In this document: positions 61,850 through 64,000 of the stretch, piece by piece
How positions within the stretch are numbered: the stretch's first letter is position 1
Layout: each line of letters starts with the position of its first letter
Source: Xylographa opegraphella
Lineage: Eukaryota
Length of the DNA stretch: 64,000 nt
Direction of reading: 5' to 3'
Assembly (NCBI GenBank): GCA_022813865.1
Contig: JALDZX010000008.1
Coordinates: 496,001-560,000, forward strand
Position numbers and translations under genes: made by a program
The notes under the pieces: model-generated
What the model saw: only the letters and a program-made list of their open reading frames with translations
Databases searched by the model: none
What the model was told of the DNA's origin: nothing

Positions 61850-63569
61850 ATGGCGTCTCTCATCGACAAAGAACAGTTCACACTCATCTCTACCACTCCG
61901 CCTGGCGCGCCCAAATTCGACGACTCACCGTTGGGTGACTTCGAAGCTCACTCGAATCGCACTCGAATCGCCACTCCTGTTGCGTTGAGCACTTCCCTAC
62001 GTGCCCGCCATCCAGATCTTACCTTAACAATCACCCTGATAGCACAATGCAACCTTCTCGGCTTCGCCTCTGCCGGCCTTGCCTCCGCAGCGTTGGACGC
62101 TCGGGAAAGCATCACCCTGCCTTTCTATGTGCCGCCTGCACGAAAGCTCAATGGTGAGCAGGGCTTTTTGGCGGGCGAGATTCTTTTCGCGAAATACGCT
62201 TACCGCTGGGAGGAACACGACTTCGTGATCTATATCGCCGAGAGCTTCAAAGAGGGTAGCTATGGGCTGCCACTTTACGCGTACATACTGTGTGAGCCGA
62301 CGGGACAGGAAACGGCCGCGTCGGTATCTGCATCTGCGGAAGCGCTGATCATGGCAGCGTCGAAGTGGAGCTTGGAGCTGCACGGAGAGGTGTGGGTGTT
62401 CGACCAGATGGTCTGGCGGAAGAATAAGGCGCTTTGGGACGAGATCCAGAAAGCGAGCTGGGAGGACGTCATCCTCGATGAAGACATGAAGCAGGCGCTT
62501 CAAGACGATGTGGAGGGATTTTTTGATGAAAGGGACAACTACGAGAAATTCCAGATCCCGTGGAAAGTAAGCTGTTGCCTTTCTACTGTACATTGCTCGT
62601 CTTGCCTCCACGGAATCCTGACCAAGCCTGTACTACATGACCTTCATGACCTGTCCAAGCACCTTCAATCTGGATAATATTCAGCTACTCAGCGCTAATA
62701 TCTCTCTTTTCTCTCAGCGCGGAATCATCTTCTACGGCCCTCCCGGAAATGTAAGTTGATTTCCGTCCCTTCATCTGCGGTACTTCCGGAGCGAGTCTCA
62801 TAGGCATATTCTAGGGTAAAACCATCTCCATCAAAGCCATGGTCAAAAGCCTTGCCAACCGGCCCGCGCTCGTCGCTACCCTCTACGTCAAGTCCCTCGG
62901 CTCCTTCAACCCGGAGTACTCGATCCGGACCGTCTTCCAGAAAGCCCGAGCCACCGCCCCCTGCCTCCTCATCTTCGAAGACGTCGACAGCATCATCACC
63001 CCCCGCACCCGGAGCTATTTCCTCAACGAGGTCGACGGCCTGGAGAACAACGGCGGGATCCTCATGATCGGCAGCACCAACCACCGTCCGTATTCCCCAC
63101 TCCAGCGCGAAGCTCCACCGACCGGCGCAAAACCCCCCGAGACTTCAGCTGACATTATACAGTGGAACTCCTCGACCCCGGCATCTCCCGCCGCCCCTCG
63201 CGCTTCGACCGCAAGTACCTGTTCCCGCTGCCCTCCCTCGCCGAACGCACCCAGTACTGCGAGTACTGGCGCGGCAAGCTGGCCTCGAACCCGGAGATCG
63301 AGTTCCCCCGCCCGCTCTGCGGGGCGATTGCGAAGATCACCGACGCATTCAGCTTCGCGTACATGAAGGAGGCCTTTGTGGCCTCCTTGCTGGCGCTGGT
63401 GGTCCAAAAGCGCAAGCGAGTGGGAGCGTTGCGGGAAAGGGCCAGTGGAGGAGGGGAGTTGGATGATCTGCCGCTGTGGAAGGAGATTCAGAAGCAGGTC
63501 AAGAACCTGCGACGGGAACTAGATCTGGGGAACGGCGAGGATGAGGGTCTGGTGAAGTTGGTAGGTTAG
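61850..63569 (+). CDS. AAA+ ATPase (YjoB-like), 3 introns
   Basis: WK|RGIIFYGPPGN|GKT (Walker A), LIFEDVDS (Walker B), FLNEVDGL, STNH and RPSRFDRK. Confidence 0.93.
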
Positions 63570-63895
63570 CCCCTGTAATACGGAATGGCGCCTTAGGATA
63601 TGAAATCGATGCAAATGTTCAGTCGAGTCTCGCGAAAAATGACATACAATGGATTTTTGATATTAATGGTGAGCATGGAAAGAATGATAGTGTAAATGTT
63701 AGTACTTTGAGAATAGTCGCTAAAAGGGTATCGTGTATATTCTATGAGTCTATCGTATTCTGTTGCGTCCTGGAACCGCAGATTTCTAGTGAGATTCCAT
63801 TCCCCCATGACAGTCCGTGCCTTCTCAAATTAGCATATTTGCTTGCAGCGCCCTTCCCACAATGCGACTATATGTGAAATATATCCATCCAATAT

Positions 63896-64000
63896 TTATG
63901 TTGATATTGTGTGAGAAGGAAACCGATCCTCCACAATCGCCTTCAACTTCTTCATCGGCACCGGCTTCGTCCAGAACTCATCGACTCCACTGGAGAATGC
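63896..64000 (-). CDS. C-terminus of a response-regulator receiver domain (probably a hybrid histidine kinase), partial
   Basis: Hand translation AFSSGVDEFWTKPVPMKKLKAIVEDRFPSHTIST*. G.D.F..KP is the receiver beta5 motif. Missed by the ORF track. Confidence 0.75.
   Translation of the reverse strand, partial: AFSSGVDEFWTKPVPMKKLKAIVEDRFPSHTIST

Overview
This is eukaryotic DNA from a filamentous ascomycete (Pezizomycotina). GT-AG introns of 50-150 nt with CTRAY-like branch sites split most genes, so the six-frame ORF track fragments them, and I rebuilt gene models by hand. About 30 loci are present. 1-30 kb is accessory or metabolic: APC permease (partial), amidase, two PTH11-like receptors (one with a CFEM domain), MFS transporter, two secreted Cys-rich proteins, DUF2306 protein, Zn2Cys6 factor, divergent GH53-like hydrolase, P450 and HOT. 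31-50 kb is mostly core genes: cytochrome b5, HSE1, a PH-domain protein, ZDS1, MsrB, ArfGAP, a small SNARE and YSC84/LSB3. 53-64 kb holds an SDR, a CUE-Smr nuclease, two nucleotidyltransferase-like genes, an MFS, an AAA+ ATPase and the end of a receiver domain. The most notable observations are: (i) a tandem pair of frameshifted nucleotidyltransferase-like genes, one AbiEii-like; (ii) an intronless secreted protein with two copies of a Cys domain around a dibasic site; (iii) recurrent GC-rich islands that always switch from C-rich to G-rich on the + strand regardless of gene orientation; (iv) several hidden pseudogenes; (v) a 5-nt microexon. No rRNA, tRNA, CRISPR array or intact transposase was seen. 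All family calls come from motif recognition by eye, not database searches.
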